This document shows positions 1 to 8,844 of a stretch of DNA of 64,000 nucleotides, piece by piece (position 1 is the stretch's first letter; every line of letters begins with the position of its first letter). The notes beneath the pieces were generated by a model, which ran no database searches, was not told where the DNA came from, and saw only the letters and a list, made by a program, of their open reading frames with translations. The position numbers and the translations under genes were made by a program. Origin of the DNA: Clostridia bacterium (lineage in GTDB: Bacteria > Bacillota > Clostridia > Oscillospirales > CAG-272); contig JAGAVJ010000039.1 of assembly GCA_017942005.1 (NCBI GenBank), positions 95,591-159,590 on the forward strand, written 5' to 3'.

Positions 1-1296
1 CTTGGCATTACCGCAACCATTCTGCTGTTTTTCCTTTCCGGTCCGATTGGCAGACAGTGCCTGCATGACGAACAAAGTATTCCCGCCCTGCGGATTCTCT
101 CCGTGACATTGATCCCGGTTTCCCTTTCAGTAACATATAATGGATATTTCGTTGCGCGCCGACGCGCTGTTCTCGGTGCTGTCGTGAATGCCTTCGGTCA
201 GCTTGTCCGCATCTTCGTCACCGTGTTTCTATTGCGAATGCACAGCAGCATTGCAATTTCGCCGGAGCTTGCACTGGTATTCGGCTGCGTCATGTCGGAA
301 TTCGTCGGTCTTTCCGTTTCTGTTTCTCTGTATCTGTCCGACATGCAGAAGAGAAAAGCGCATTACCGGGACACAGCAGCCCACTTGACGTTATCCGGCA
401 CTGAAACACTCCCTCTCTCCCGTGAAACGTCGCGCGGTATATCCCGCAACGTCATCCGCATCGCCATTCCCATTGCCGTTACCGCCTGTATTCGTGCAGG
501 TCTGCAAACCCTATTGCATCTGCTCATCCCGGCGGGTCTTGGCAAGTCCGGAATCGGTGCAGACGCTGCACTTGCTGCTTACGGTACCATTCACGGCATG
601 GTACTGCCGGTACTGCTCTTCCCTTCCGCCATCTTACAGTCTGCTGCATCTCTGCTCATTCCGGAAATTGCAGAGTTCCGTGCAAAGGGCGATAAAAAAT
701 CTGCCATTCGCTGGGCAGTACACGGGTTACAGATCACATTGTGCTTTGCTGTATTCATATCCGGTATCATGCTGTACTGCTCTGATGCCATCGGATTGCT
801 TTTCTATGACAGTCCCGAAGCCGGACAGTATCTGCGGCTGCTTGGCGCAATCGTCCCCGTGATGTACCTTGACACCATTGTAGATGCATTTTTAAAAGGA
901 CTTGACGAGCAGGTCGCATCCATGCGATACAATATCTTTGATGCGGCATTCTGTGTTGTGCTGGCGTATGTACTTCTGCCTGTATTCGGCGTTTCCGGAT
1001 ATGTGATGTTGCTGTATGCGTCCGAAATTTTCAATCTGTCGCTTTCCTTAAACAAGCTTCTTTCTGTGACAGGGCTGCATTTTAACGTCATGCAGTGGGT
1101 CGCAGCACCTACCCTTGCCGTCATTGGCGCAAGCACGTTTGCCCTATGGCTGATGCGCGCAGTCAACGGCATTGGCATCACATTCCGGTTTGCGTGGGTG
1201 ACGCTGCTTGTGCATATTCTTATTTCCGGTATCTTTTATGGTGTAATTCTTCATCTGCTTTCTGTCTTTCCCAAAAAAACGCAGACCGATACATAG
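1..1296 (+). CDS. SpoVB/MurJ-like MOP-family flippase (polysaccharide biosynthesis protein), 5' end outside window
   Basis: The frame is open from base 1; track ORF 103..1296 only marks its first Met. The protein is polytopic and hydrophobic, in the style of stage V sporulation protein B / MurJ. Stop at 1294-1296. Confidence 0.6.
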   Translation, partial: LGITATILLFFLSGPIGRQCLHDEQSIPALRILSVTLIPVSLSVTYNGYFVARRRAVLGAVVNAFGQLVRIFVTVFLLRMHSSIAISPELALVFGCVMSEFVGLSVSVSLYLSDMQKRKAHYRDTAAHLTLSGTETLPLSRETSRGISRNVIRIAIPIAVTACIRAGLQTLLHLLIPAGLGKSGIGADAALAAYGTIHGMVLPVLLFPSAILQSAASLLIPEIAEFRAKGDKKSAIRWAVHGLQITLCFAVFISGIMLYCSDAIGLLFYDSPEAGQYLRLLGAIVPVMYLDTIVDAFLKGLDEQVASMRYNIFDAAFCVVLAYVLLPVFGVSGYVMLLYASEIFNLSLSLNKLLSVTGLHFNVMQWVAAPTLAVIGASTFALWLMRAVNGIGITFRFAWVTLLVHILISGIFYGVILHLLSVFPKKTQTDT

Positions 1297-1320
1297 ACTT
1301 CGGCCTGCGAAAAAAATTGA

Positions 1321-1341
1321 GGGCTGTCGCATGCGACAGCC
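1321..1341 (-). terminator. GC-rich palindrome GGGCTGTCGCATGCGACAGCC (short member of the GGGCTG..CAGCCC family), likely terminator for the minus-strand genes above
   Basis: Perfect 9-bp stem. An A7 run at 1308-1314 gives a U-run on the minus strand. Confidence 0.5.
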
Positions 1342-1398
1342 TGAGCTCCAATCTCGGATTAGAGATTTTCATTTTGGCGGGAACGTCCCATATAAAGT

Positions 1399-1782
1399 TC
1401 AGTCATCCACACTATAGGCAATGGTAGTCATCAATGCCATTTCAGCGGCAGAGGTGTCAAGACGGGAATACTGTACGACAATCGGCGTGTCGGATTCTAC
1501 CAGAATTGCATAAGGGGTATCCATTTCAATGCTGTTGCCCTCTGCATCCCGAATCTTGTCAAGACGGATATGATGGGTGCGCCGCGCACCGCAGAAGGAA
1601 GAAAACGCAGTGTTTGGTTCTTTGTCCTCGAAAAACAAGGTCAAAGAAATATGTGCATCGCTGTCGGAGGTATTGAGGACACAAATCGCCTCATGGCTTC
1701 TGTCTGTGATATCACCGGAGCGGGAAACAGAATGCAGGAATGTATCGGGAATCATCCAGGTGGTTTTTCCGTATGCGTTCAT
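1399..1782 (-). CDS. Sensory-rhodopsin-transducer (ASRT) family protein
   Basis: 127 aa. The motifs SHEAICVLN, DAH, ARRTHH, PIVVQYSRLD and TTIAY match my recollection of the ASRT/TM1070 family (PF07100). Confidence 0.65.
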   Translation of the reverse strand: MNAYGKTTWMIPDTFLHSVSRSGDITDRSHEAICVLNTSDSDAHISLTLFFEDKEPNTAFSSFCGARRTHHIRLDKIRDAEGNSIEMDTPYAILVESDTPIVVQYSRLDTSAAEMALMTTIAYSVDD

Positions 1783-1859
1783 TTACTAAATCCTTTCGTT
1801 TGGTCAGTGACGGATCGCGTCATTGATTGCAGTATTGATTGGCAGGCAACTCGCATTTA

Positions 1860-2201
1860 TTACTCTTCAATCAGTGTAATATTCGGATTCACCTTATGCA
1901 GCTCACGCAGCATATCAATCATGGCCGCGTACATCTGCACCATCCGTGTCGACTGCTTTTCCCGATTGATCATACGGAAAGAGACAGGATCGGTCTGGTT
2001 ATGTGTTGCAAGAATATCATGTAATGCATCAAGATTGCGTCCGTAATAATCGGGCAGGGAAAGCTCTGATTCGAGATAATCATGGAGCACTTTACGAGAG
2101 CGAATTTTTTCGCAGTTAATTAAAACTTCTTTCATTGGCTTTTGCTTTTTATACCTTTCTTTGTCAAGGGAAACATTGTCTTTTGTTTTATTGACCATCA
2201 C
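1860..2201 (-). CDS. Barstar-family ribonuclease inhibitor
   Basis: [37 protein letters not shown] aligns with barstar [37 protein letters not shown]. The start is ambiguous (GTG 2201, ATG 2198, ATG 2135). Confidence 0.75.
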   Translation of the reverse strand: MMVNKTKDNVSLDKERYKKQKPMKEVLINCEKIRSRKVLHDYLESELSLPDYYGRNLDALHDILATHNQTDPVSFRMINREKQSTRMVQMYAAMIDMLRELHKVNPNITLIEE

Positions 2202-2231
2202 TTCTACTCTCGTAAAAGTGATTTTCTTTCT
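2196..2231 (-). promoter_or_regulatory. Split SD-hairpin-ATGGTC start module upstream of barstar
   Basis: Minus strand reads AGAAAGAAAA-TCACTT(12 nt)AAGTGA-TGGTCAAT. It resembles the modules at 24492, 21363 and 40921. Confidence 0.35.
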
Positions 2232-2330
2232 AACTTAATAGGAATGTGTACATTCCATTACGCCTGCATGCAGCGGCGTATCGGTTTTTTAATCATTGGA
2301 ACGATGTAATGTATGTGTACGGGTTTGCTG

Positions 2331-3146
2331 TTAACGTCTCCTCTTCTTTGTTTTTGGCTTTGGCATCTCGTCAGACTTTGGAGTGTCACGATCAGGCTCT
2401 GCATCGTTTATATGTACGGTGTTTGCAGAACCGGCCTTTACGCTTTTCTTGAAGCTGAATTTATTTTCTTCTTTGTTGAGCAAACGGCGGATATTATCAC
2501 GATGCCGTGCGATCACCAAAACCATAATCAAAAAGGAAACAAGCGTGGGAATAAACGGAACGCCGGCAGAATGCCGGAACAGCATATACATGCGGTTTAA
2601 CACAAGCGGATACAGCATCACGCACATGATACTTCCCAGCGACAGAAATTTTGTTGCGGCAACAATACAGACGAAAATGAGGAGCAGTACCAAAAATACA
2701 AGCGGTTCTGTACATAAAACCAGCGCGGCTGTTGAAGCAACGCCTTTTCCGCCTTTAAAGCCGAAAAACACAGGGAACATGTGACCGATGACAGAAAACA
2801 GCCCGGCGACATACATTCCGGACTCCGCTAAAAGCAGTGCGCCGACAAATACGGACAACGCCGTTTTGCTCATATCGCCAACCAGCGTCAGCGCCGCCGC
2901 GGTTTTCCCGTAGGTCCGCATCATATTGGTGGTTCCCGGATTGCCGGAACCGTATTTGTGAATATCGTCGTGGTAAAAAAGACGGGATATAATGACAGCA
3001 GAATTGACACTGCCAAGCAGATAGCCCACCACCGCAGGCAAGATACATGCAAGCGCGACATACAGCGCTATGACAGAGGGGGAAGAAGCCTCAAGATTAT
3101 CCAAGAACAGCTTTCCGAGGATTCCTTTTACAAAAATATCAGACAA
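2331..3146 (-). CDS. plsY: Glycerol-3-phosphate acyltransferase PlsY with Lys/Arg-rich C-terminal tail
   Basis: Contains the motifs GSGNPGTTN and FKGGKGVAS and has multiple TM helices. It lies 21 nt downstream of der. About 60 extra C-terminal residues end in KPKTKKRRR. Confidence 0.85.
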   Translation of the reverse strand: MSDIFVKGILGKLFLDNLEASSPSVIALYVALACILPAVVGYLLGSVNSAVIISRLFYHDDIHKYGSGNPGTTNMMRTYGKTAAALTLVGDMSKTALSVFVGALLLAESGMYVAGLFSVIGHMFPVFFGFKGGKGVASTAALVLCTEPLVFLVLLLIFVCIVAATKFLSLGSIMCVMLYPLVLNRMYMLFRHSAGVPFIPTLVSFLIMVLVIARHRDNIRRLLNKEENKFSFKKSVKAGSANTVHINDAEPDRDTPKSDEMPKPKTKKRRR

Positions 3147-3167
3147 AATTCGTGCAATCCTTTCCTG

Positions 3168-4502
3168 TTATGTGCCTGCGTCATCGCCTTTTTGGCGAAT
3201 GATAAATTTAATCGGCGTTCCACGGAAGCCAAAAACCGCACGCAACTGATTTTCAAGATACCGCTGATACGAAAAGTGGAACAATTCCGCGTCATTACAG
3301 AAAATGACAAAGGTAGGCGGTTTGATCGCCTGCTGCGTCCAGTAGTAAATCTTCAGTCTCCGTCCCTTATCTGACGGCGGCTGGACACGTGCGGTCGCAT
3401 CGGCGAGCACGTCGTTTAACATACCGGTTGAAATTCTTGTAACCGACTGGTTGTATACATAGACAATCTGTTCAAATAGCTTTTCCGTGCGCAGACCTGT
3501 TTTTGCAGAGACAAAGCACAGCGGTGCATACTGCATATAGGCAAGCGCACTGCATATTTCCTTTGTGTAGGTATTGGTCGTATCGTTGTCCTTTTCAATG
3601 GCATCCCACTTATTGACAACGATGATGGACGCCTTGCCTGCTTCATGGGCAAGACCTGCAATCTTTTCGTCCTGCTCTGTAATGCCTTCTTCTGCATCAA
3701 TGAGGATCAAGCAGACGTCTGCTCTCTCCACTGCCATTTTTGCACGCAGTACAGAGAACTTTTCCAGACGGTCTTCCACCTTTGACTGACGGCGGATTCC
3801 GGCGGTATCGATCAATATGAATTTGCCAAAGCTGTTTTCAAATCGGGTGTCGATGGCATCGCGCGTCGTCCCCGCCATGTCGGCGACAATACAGCGTTCT
3901 TCTCCCGTCAGACGGTTGACCATTGAAGATTTTCCGACGTTCGGTTTGCCGATGACGGCAACCTTGATATAATCGTCGTCACTCTCTACTTCTTCATCGG
4001 ACGGAGAGAGCGCAAGCACGCGGTCAAGAAGATCTCCCGAGCCCGTGCCGTGCAGCGATGACAGAGGAATCAAGTCCTCTTCAAAGCCAAGCTCATAGAA
4101 TTCATAGAATTCCATCGGAAGCGCGCCGATGGAGTCAATTTTGTTGACAATGGGAATGATCGGCTTGCCGGACCGCTTGAGCATCATCGCAATATCGCGG
4201 TCTTCCGGTGCAAGTCCGCGCTTGCCGTCGACCATAAACAGAATCACATCTGCCATATCAATGGCAATCTGCGCCTGTGTCTTCATCTGGGAAAGCAGGA
4301 TATCATCGGATTTCGGTTCGATACCGCCGGTATCAATCAGTGTCACAGCTCGTCCGTTCCACTCGATTTCATATAGAATGCGGTCGCGCGTGACGCCGGG
4401 GACATCCTCGACGATAGAAACACGCGTCCCGGCAAGTTTATTGAACAAGGTGCTTTTGCCGACGTTTGGACGTCCGACAATGGCTGCCACTGGTTTTGAC
4501 AT
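3168..4502 (-). CDS. der: Ribosome-associated GTPase Der/EngA
   Basis: Two GTPase domains (GRPNVGKSTLFN, DTGG; GKPNVGKSS, DTAG, NKWD) plus a KH-like C-terminus. Confidence 0.95.
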   Translation of the reverse strand: MSKPVAAIVGRPNVGKSTLFNKLAGTRVSIVEDVPGVTRDRILYEIEWNGRAVTLIDTGGIEPKSDDILLSQMKTQAQIAIDMADVILFMVDGKRGLAPEDRDIAMMLKRSGKPIIPIVNKIDSIGALPMEFYEFYELGFEEDLIPLSSLHGTGSGDLLDRVLALSPSDEEVESDDDYIKVAVIGKPNVGKSSMVNRLTGEERCIVADMAGTTRDAIDTRFENSFGKFILIDTAGIRRQSKVEDRLEKFSVLRAKMAVERADVCLILIDAEEGITEQDEKIAGLAHEAGKASIIVVNKWDAIEKDNDTTNTYTKEICSALAYMQYAPLCFVSAKTGLRTEKLFEQIVYVYNQSVTRISTGMLNDVLADATARVQPPSDKGRRLKIYYWTQQAIKPPTFVIFCNDAELFHFSYQRYLENQLRAVFGFRGTPIKFIIRQKGDDAGT

Positions 4503-4848
4503 GGTGTTTGAATTTTCCTTTCACAGGATATTTCATTAACATATTATAACAAATTATTTTGTCTCACAATTGAATGAAATATGAATTTAATTTGACTATC
4601 AGAAAAGTTATTTTCACTTACTTCCGCTGCTTTTGTGAATGTTGACGAAACAATGACAGCAACCCGTTTCATTGCAGCAATTTTTTGTGATTTTTGATCA
4701 TAAATATAGTAAAAAGCAAATGCGGTATCGGCAATACCGCTTGCGGCAATCGGGTCATCGCATGAACATGGCACCATATGGCTCCCGCATGCAGCAGCCA
4801 GAGAAAAATTCTGTTATCAGGTATGCTGACACGGTTTTCAAATAAGCC

Positions 4849-6162
4849 TTAACAAAAACCGAGAAGCGCATCCACAAATGCATCCCCGCCATACGCGGTG
4901 TCCACAATCCGCAGAGGAACGCCAAGCGCGTTTTCTACTGCTTCCACTGTCACATCGTCGAGAAATTTATCTCTTTCATGCCGCAGCATCACAGAGGGAA
5001 TACACAAAGCGCCTCCAAGCGGCATCCCGCGAAGCTGCGCTATCAAATCGCCTCCCGTTACCAGACCCGCCACGGTAATGTTTTCGCCAAAGAAATCGTT
5101 GCGTATACGGTATATATGGACGCAAAGTCCCGGAATTTCTGCTTTTAGCTGTCGGCACAAGCGTTCCAAAAACGGGTATGCCGCATAGCCCGTAGCAACG
5201 GAAACTTCCGCCTGTACCGCCCGTTCTTCCTCCGTTAAGAATTCCATACGTGCGTTAAATTCATCGCGCATAGACGGAATCATCCCAACCCCATTTTCAA
5301 TCTGCGCATAGTCTCCGTAAAAATCTCCGCTCGGAAAAGGTCGCTCCGCCTTCAAATAAAATTCATCGGAGCAGTAAAAGACCGGACGTCCCACGTTTTC
5401 CATGCATTCCTTCTGCATAACAGCGGTTTGATCCAGCACCGCTGCACAGTCACTGCGGTCAAAAAGCTCCAAGGGGTACAATCCCTCTCTGTGGCATGTC
5501 AGTCCGCACGGTACGATTGAGCAGGTCGACAGCATCGGCAGATAGCTGCAAAGATCACGCATGGTACGCTCCAGATGTGCGCCGTCATTGACATTTTTGC
5601 ACAGTACAATCTGGCATTCCATCTGGATATTGGCATCCGCAAAACGCCTCAGATAGGATAGTACCTCGCCTGCATGCTTATTTTTCATCATTTGAACGCG
5701 AAGTTCGGGATCTGTTGTATGGACAGAAATATGCATCGGCGACATATGCATTTCGATAATACGGTCAACGTCGGCATCCGTCAAATTGGTCAGCGTGATA
5801 TAGTTTCCCATTAAAAATGACATCCGGGAGTCGTCATCCTTAAAATAAATCGAATCGCGCATCCCATGCGGATTCTGGTCAATAAAGCAAAAGATGCACT
5901 TGTTTTTGCAGGTATGCTGCTTGTCCATCAGAAAGGTCTCAAATTCCAGACCGATGTCCTCATATTCCTTTTTGCGCATTTTGACCGTAATAAGCTCCGC
6001 ACCGCGGTGCAGCTGCAGCGTCAGAGCAGATTCCGTCATATAAAACCGATAGTCAAGCACATCATGAATCGCATGATCGTTAATAGATAAGAGAATATCG
6101 CCTTCCCTGATTCCCTTTTTTGCGGCAGGCGTACCGCTTCTCACAGCTGCAACAGTGACCAT
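4849..6162 (-). CDS. DUF512 protein (PDZ + radical-SAM-like domain)
   Basis: PDZ-like N-terminus (GIREGDILLSIN), a CKNKCIFCF cysteine motif and a DUF512-type C-terminus. Lies upstream of der, as is common in Clostridia. Preferred start is ATGGTC at 6162, with GGGAGA 6 nt upstream; the track start is 6195. Confidence 0.7.
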   Translation of the reverse strand: MVTVAAVRSGTPAAKKGIREGDILLSINDHAIHDVLDYRFYMTESALTLQLHRGAELITVKMRKKEYEDIGLEFETFLMDKQHTCKNKCIFCFIDQNPHGMRDSIYFKDDDSRMSFLMGNYITLTNLTDADVDRIIEMHMSPMHISVHTTDPELRVQMMKNKHAGEVLSYLRRFADANIQMECQIVLCKNVNDGAHLERTMRDLCSYLPMLSTCSIVPCGLTCHREGLYPLELFDRSDCAAVLDQTAVMQKECMENVGRPVFYCSDEFYLKAERPFPSGDFYGDYAQIENGVGMIPSMRDEFNARMEFLTEEERAVQAEVSVATGYAAYPFLERLCRQLKAEIPGLCVHIYRIRNDFFGENITVAGLVTGGDLIAQLRGMPLGGALCIPSVMLRHERDKFLDDVTVEAVENALGVPLRIVDTAYGGDAFVDALLGFC

Positions 6163-6235
6163 AAAAATCTCCCATATCGCTTTGAAAGATTGCACACGCA
6201 GCGATTCCGTCTTCTCTTAAAAATACATCGTCCTA

Positions 6236-6287
6236 TGAAAAATCGGGACCGCAGCCACGTTTCACAAAAGAGCTGTGGCACAGTCCC
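6236..6287 (-). terminator. Intrinsic terminator after rpmF
   Basis: Minus strand reads GGGACTGTGCCACAG(13 nt)CGTGGCTGCGGTCCC followed by GATTTTTC. Confidence 0.7.
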
Positions 6288-6344
6288 GCGTTTTCTTCGT
6301 TCAAAAAGCAGATAATTGTTTTGGAATCGTCTTCCAAAAAACGC

Positions 6345-6527
6345 TTATGCGTTCTTTTCAACAACAACCTTGCCGTCATAGCATCCGCAGTTCTTGCAAA
6401 CGCGGTGTGCGAGGTTGTATTCGCCGCACTTGGGGCACTTCACCATGCCGGGAAGCTCCAGCTTCCAAACATTGGAACGTCTCTTATCTCTTCTTGCCTT
6501 CGATACTTTTTTCTTCGGTACTGCCAT
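6345..6527 (-). CDS. rpmF: 50S ribosomal protein L32
   Basis: [17 protein letters not shown]... with a CPKCG...CKNCG zinc ribbon; 60 aa. Confidence 0.95.
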   Translation of the reverse strand: MAVPKKKVSKARRDKRRSNVWKLELPGMVKCPKCGEYNLAHRVCKNCGCYDGKVVVEKNA

Positions 6528-6662
6528 GGTTGTAATCCTCCCTTTATATCCCCTTGGTATTTTTTAATGTAAAATCTGAAAATTTATTTTCAGATTGTGA
6601 AAAGACATAACTTTTATATTGAATCATAAAAGTTATGACCATACATATGCACAAGCATTCCG

Positions 6663-7427
6663 TTATGCGTTTCCACCGTCGGTATCGACGTTTTCGTCGG
6701 TTTCGACACTTTTGTCGGTTTCGACGTTTACGTCGGTTCCGACACTTCCGTCATCGTCCGGCATTGTCTCAAGAAGCGCCGCAAGCGCTGCAAAACGGGG
6801 ATCAATTTCCTTCTTCGTACAGCGGCAGTCCTCTTCATTGAGGTTTGCTCCGCAGCCGGCACACAGACCCTTGCAGTCCGCCCGGCAGAGAATACGCATC
6901 GGAAAGCTGAGGAGAATCTCGTCGCAGATCGGTGCGTCAAGGTCCAGCTTTCCATCGCGGATTTGTACGTAGTCATCATTTTCCCGATCTTCTATGTGAA
7001 ATAATCCCTTTTCATCGGCAACGGTCTTTTCCACACGGAATGTTCTGTGCTCCGTCACATCCGCTAAGCATCTTGCACAGCGGGTACGGTACGAAATGTC
7101 TGCTGTTTCTGTCAGCACCATATAACCTGCGCGATTGACAACCGTCCCCCGCACCACAACAGGCGCCGTAACGGTGACATCATCAAAAATCAGCGGCATA
7201 CAGTCGCCGATCATGTCAGGTTCTTTTAACAGCGAAGCACCCGATTCGATCAAAGCGGGAGAATCCTCACCCGAAGCGGGAGAATCCTCACCCGGAAGAG
7301 TCTCCTTCATTTCCTCAGAGTACGGTATGCGCTGTGCGGACATGGTATAGGAAAACGGCAGCATATCCACCGCGCCGCTTAAAATCTGCGACATATCGAG
7401 CAGCATGGTAAAACGCTCCTTTCCCAA
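6663..7427 (-). CDS. YceD/DUF177 family protein with acidic repeat tail
   Basis: Core sequence CDEILLSFPMRILCRADCKGLCAGCGANLNEEDCRC is typical of DUF177, and the gene sits upstream of rpmF. About 70 extra residues are split between an N-terminal insert and the C-terminal VETD repeats. Confidence 0.8.
   Translation of the reverse strand: MGKERFTMLLDMSQILSGAVDMLPFSYTMSAQRIPYSEEMKETLPGEDSPASGEDSPALIESGASLLKEPDMIGDCMPLIFDDVTVTAPVVVRGTVVNRAGYMVLTETADISYRTRCARCLADVTEHRTFRVEKTVADEKGLFHIEDRENDDYVQIRDGKLDLDAPICDEILLSFPMRILCRADCKGLCAGCGANLNEEDCRCTKKEIDPRFAALAALLETMPDDDGSVGTDVNVETDKSVETDENVDTDGGNA
6681..6752. repeat. 4 x 18-bp in-frame tandem repeat in the yceD-like 3' end
   Basis: GGTATCGACGTTTTCGTC / GGTTTCGACACTTTTGTC / GGTTTCGACGTTTACGTC / GGTTCCGACACTTCCGTC. 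It encodes (V/G)(E/G)TDxx repeats. Each unit contains 12-nt palindromes such as GACGTTTTCGTC. Confidence 0.9.
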
Positions 7428-7605
7428 GCATCATTCATTATAACATTATACCCGAAAATCTCTGTTTTGTCAATGGGATATGCAAATTTTCATAAAGAAA
7501 TTTCCAGGATTTTTACTGTTTTTTTCAAACACTTTGCTATATTATATGTGTTTAACGATACACAAAGGCAATCATTCCCGATACATACCGTATGCCGCGG
7601 ACCTT

Positions 7606-7837
7606 TTATGACCATGACTTCGCGCAAGCGAAGTTTTCCTATCTAATGTGGAATTGTGACGTAAGTCACAAAACACGGGGGTGTTGCAAGTTTTCAACTT
7701 GCAACAGCCCGGGATCACGAAGTGATCCGAATTCGGCGTTTTCACAGTGGATTTTGACAAAAATCCGCTGTGAAATTTCGCTTGGAAAAGCGAAAAGGCG
7801 AATTTTATAGGATGGCGCATGTTAATGCGACAGCCCG
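7606..7837 (-). repeat. Hairpin-array leader repeat, long copy (family B)
   Basis: The reverse complement aligns along its length with 29634-29840, and its 3' part aligns with 24458-24532 and 21315-21405. It starts right after the stop codon at 7838 and ends in ATGGTCATAA (7615-7606). Confidence 0.85.
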
Positions 7838-8716
7838 TTACTTTTCGTATTTTGCAATCTTTTCTTTCAGGAAGCTGACAGCCATACCGATATCTGCCGC
7901 CGGGTCTTCACCAACCTCACGCTCAATGGTCAGATATCCCTTATAGCCAATATCGTCCAAGGCAGCAAGATAACGGTCAAAGTCAACGTTTCCTTGTCCA
8001 AGCGGCACTTCCTGGAAATACTCCCAAATCGGCATATCGCGCAGATCACCGCCGTCGCCGCCGTCTGCAAAGAAGCCATAAATTTTGTGGCGGTCGCAGG
8101 GACGGTGGTTGACCCCATCCTTTGCATGCGTGTGTACGATGTAGTCGCGCAGGGTGTAAACGGCTTTGACCGGATCGTCCTGTGTGACCATGACAAGGTT
8201 TGCAGGGTCTAAATTGACCTTGACGCCGCGCGCAGACAGACCATCCAAAAACTCCTTGAGCATGTCTGCCTTTTCAGGACCGGTTTCCACCGCAAAGGAG
8301 GCACCGACCGAATCTGCGTATTCTGCCAGCTGATTGCATGCGCTCTGCATAATATGGTAGGTATCGTTCTTTTCATCCGGAACCACACCGATATGTGTGG
8401 TCACTACTTTTGTACCAAGCTCCAGCGCCAAATCCACAATCTGCTTGGATTTTTCCACCTTGATTTTATTGTCCTCTGCAATCTGGAAGCCATGGCCGCC
8501 AAGATCGCCGCACAGTGCGGAAACCTGCAAACCGTTTGCATCCAGAATGGACTTCTTCTCAGCAATCTGTTCCTTTGTCAGGTTCCAAGGCGCCATTTCA
8601 CCGTCAACGGCATAAATCTGTACACCCTGTGCACCGAGCACACGTGCTTTTTCGATATTTTCACGGAAGGTACCGAGCAGGGAATCTGCCATGATACCAA
8701 TAGAGAATCTGTTCAT
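7838..8716 (-). CDS. Sugar phosphate isomerase/epimerase (xylose-isomerase-like TIM barrel)
   Basis: Family-typical pattern (HIGVVPDE, ETGPE, VNLDPANL, HAKDG, LTIERE). Start chosen at MNRFSIG, which has AAAGGAAAGGA upstream. Confidence 0.7.
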   Translation of the reverse strand: MNRFSIGIMADSLLGTFRENIEKARVLGAQGVQIYAVDGEMAPWNLTKEQIAEKKSILDANGLQVSALCGDLGGHGFQIAEDNKIKVEKSKQIVDLALELGTKVVTTHIGVVPDEKNDTYHIMQSACNQLAEYADSVGASFAVETGPEKADMLKEFLDGLSARGVKVNLDPANLVMVTQDDPVKAVYTLRDYIVHTHAKDGVNHRPCDRHKIYGFFADGGDGGDLRDMPIWEYFQEVPLGQGNVDFDRYLAALDDIGYKGYLTIEREVGEDPAADIGMAVSFLKEKIAKYEK

Positions 8717-8844
8717 GTTAAAACGTTCCTTTCCTTTGTCAATCATAAATTGATCGTAAATTATAAGTGATATAATTATAACACGGACCAAAGGGTATTG
8801 TCAAGAAATGCATGAAATCTTTTGCACAAATTCCCCATCCCCTG

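Noticed and set aside
4544-4777. A 77-aa ORF in the 346-bp gap between DUF512 and der.
   Set aside because: There is no SD, the region is AT-rich, and the composition is not protein-like. The gap more likely holds the der promoter (TGTTATAAT on the minus strand near 4543-4551) and a degenerate family C palindrome (4778-4797).
6681-6752. Regularly spaced short repeats here and at 28364-28489, considered as possible CRISPR-like arrays.
   Set aside because: The units are contiguous with no spacers, only 15-18 bp long, in frame inside coding regions, and there are no cas genes.
7655-7670. TGTGACGTAAGTCACA here and TGTGACTTACGTCACA at 24466-24481 match the CRP/FNR-type box TGTGA-N6-TCACA.
   Set aside because: In the homologous copies at 21325-21351 and 29754-29818 the same arms are separated by 17 and 55 nt of inserted hairpins. 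That is incompatible with a fixed-spacing dimer site. The conserved property is the stem, not the spacing.
7572-7820. Track ORFs inside the hairpin-array repeats: 7572..7820 (-), 7592..7810 (+), 24460..24690 (+), 29448..29933 (-) and 29690..29878 (-). They give similar-looking peptides (e.g. SRSDPNSAFS, FCDLRHNSTL).
   Set aside because: The similarity comes from translating the same DNA repeat in arbitrary frames and on both strands. There are no RBSs, the ORFs run through perfect palindromes, and the frame is not conserved between copies.
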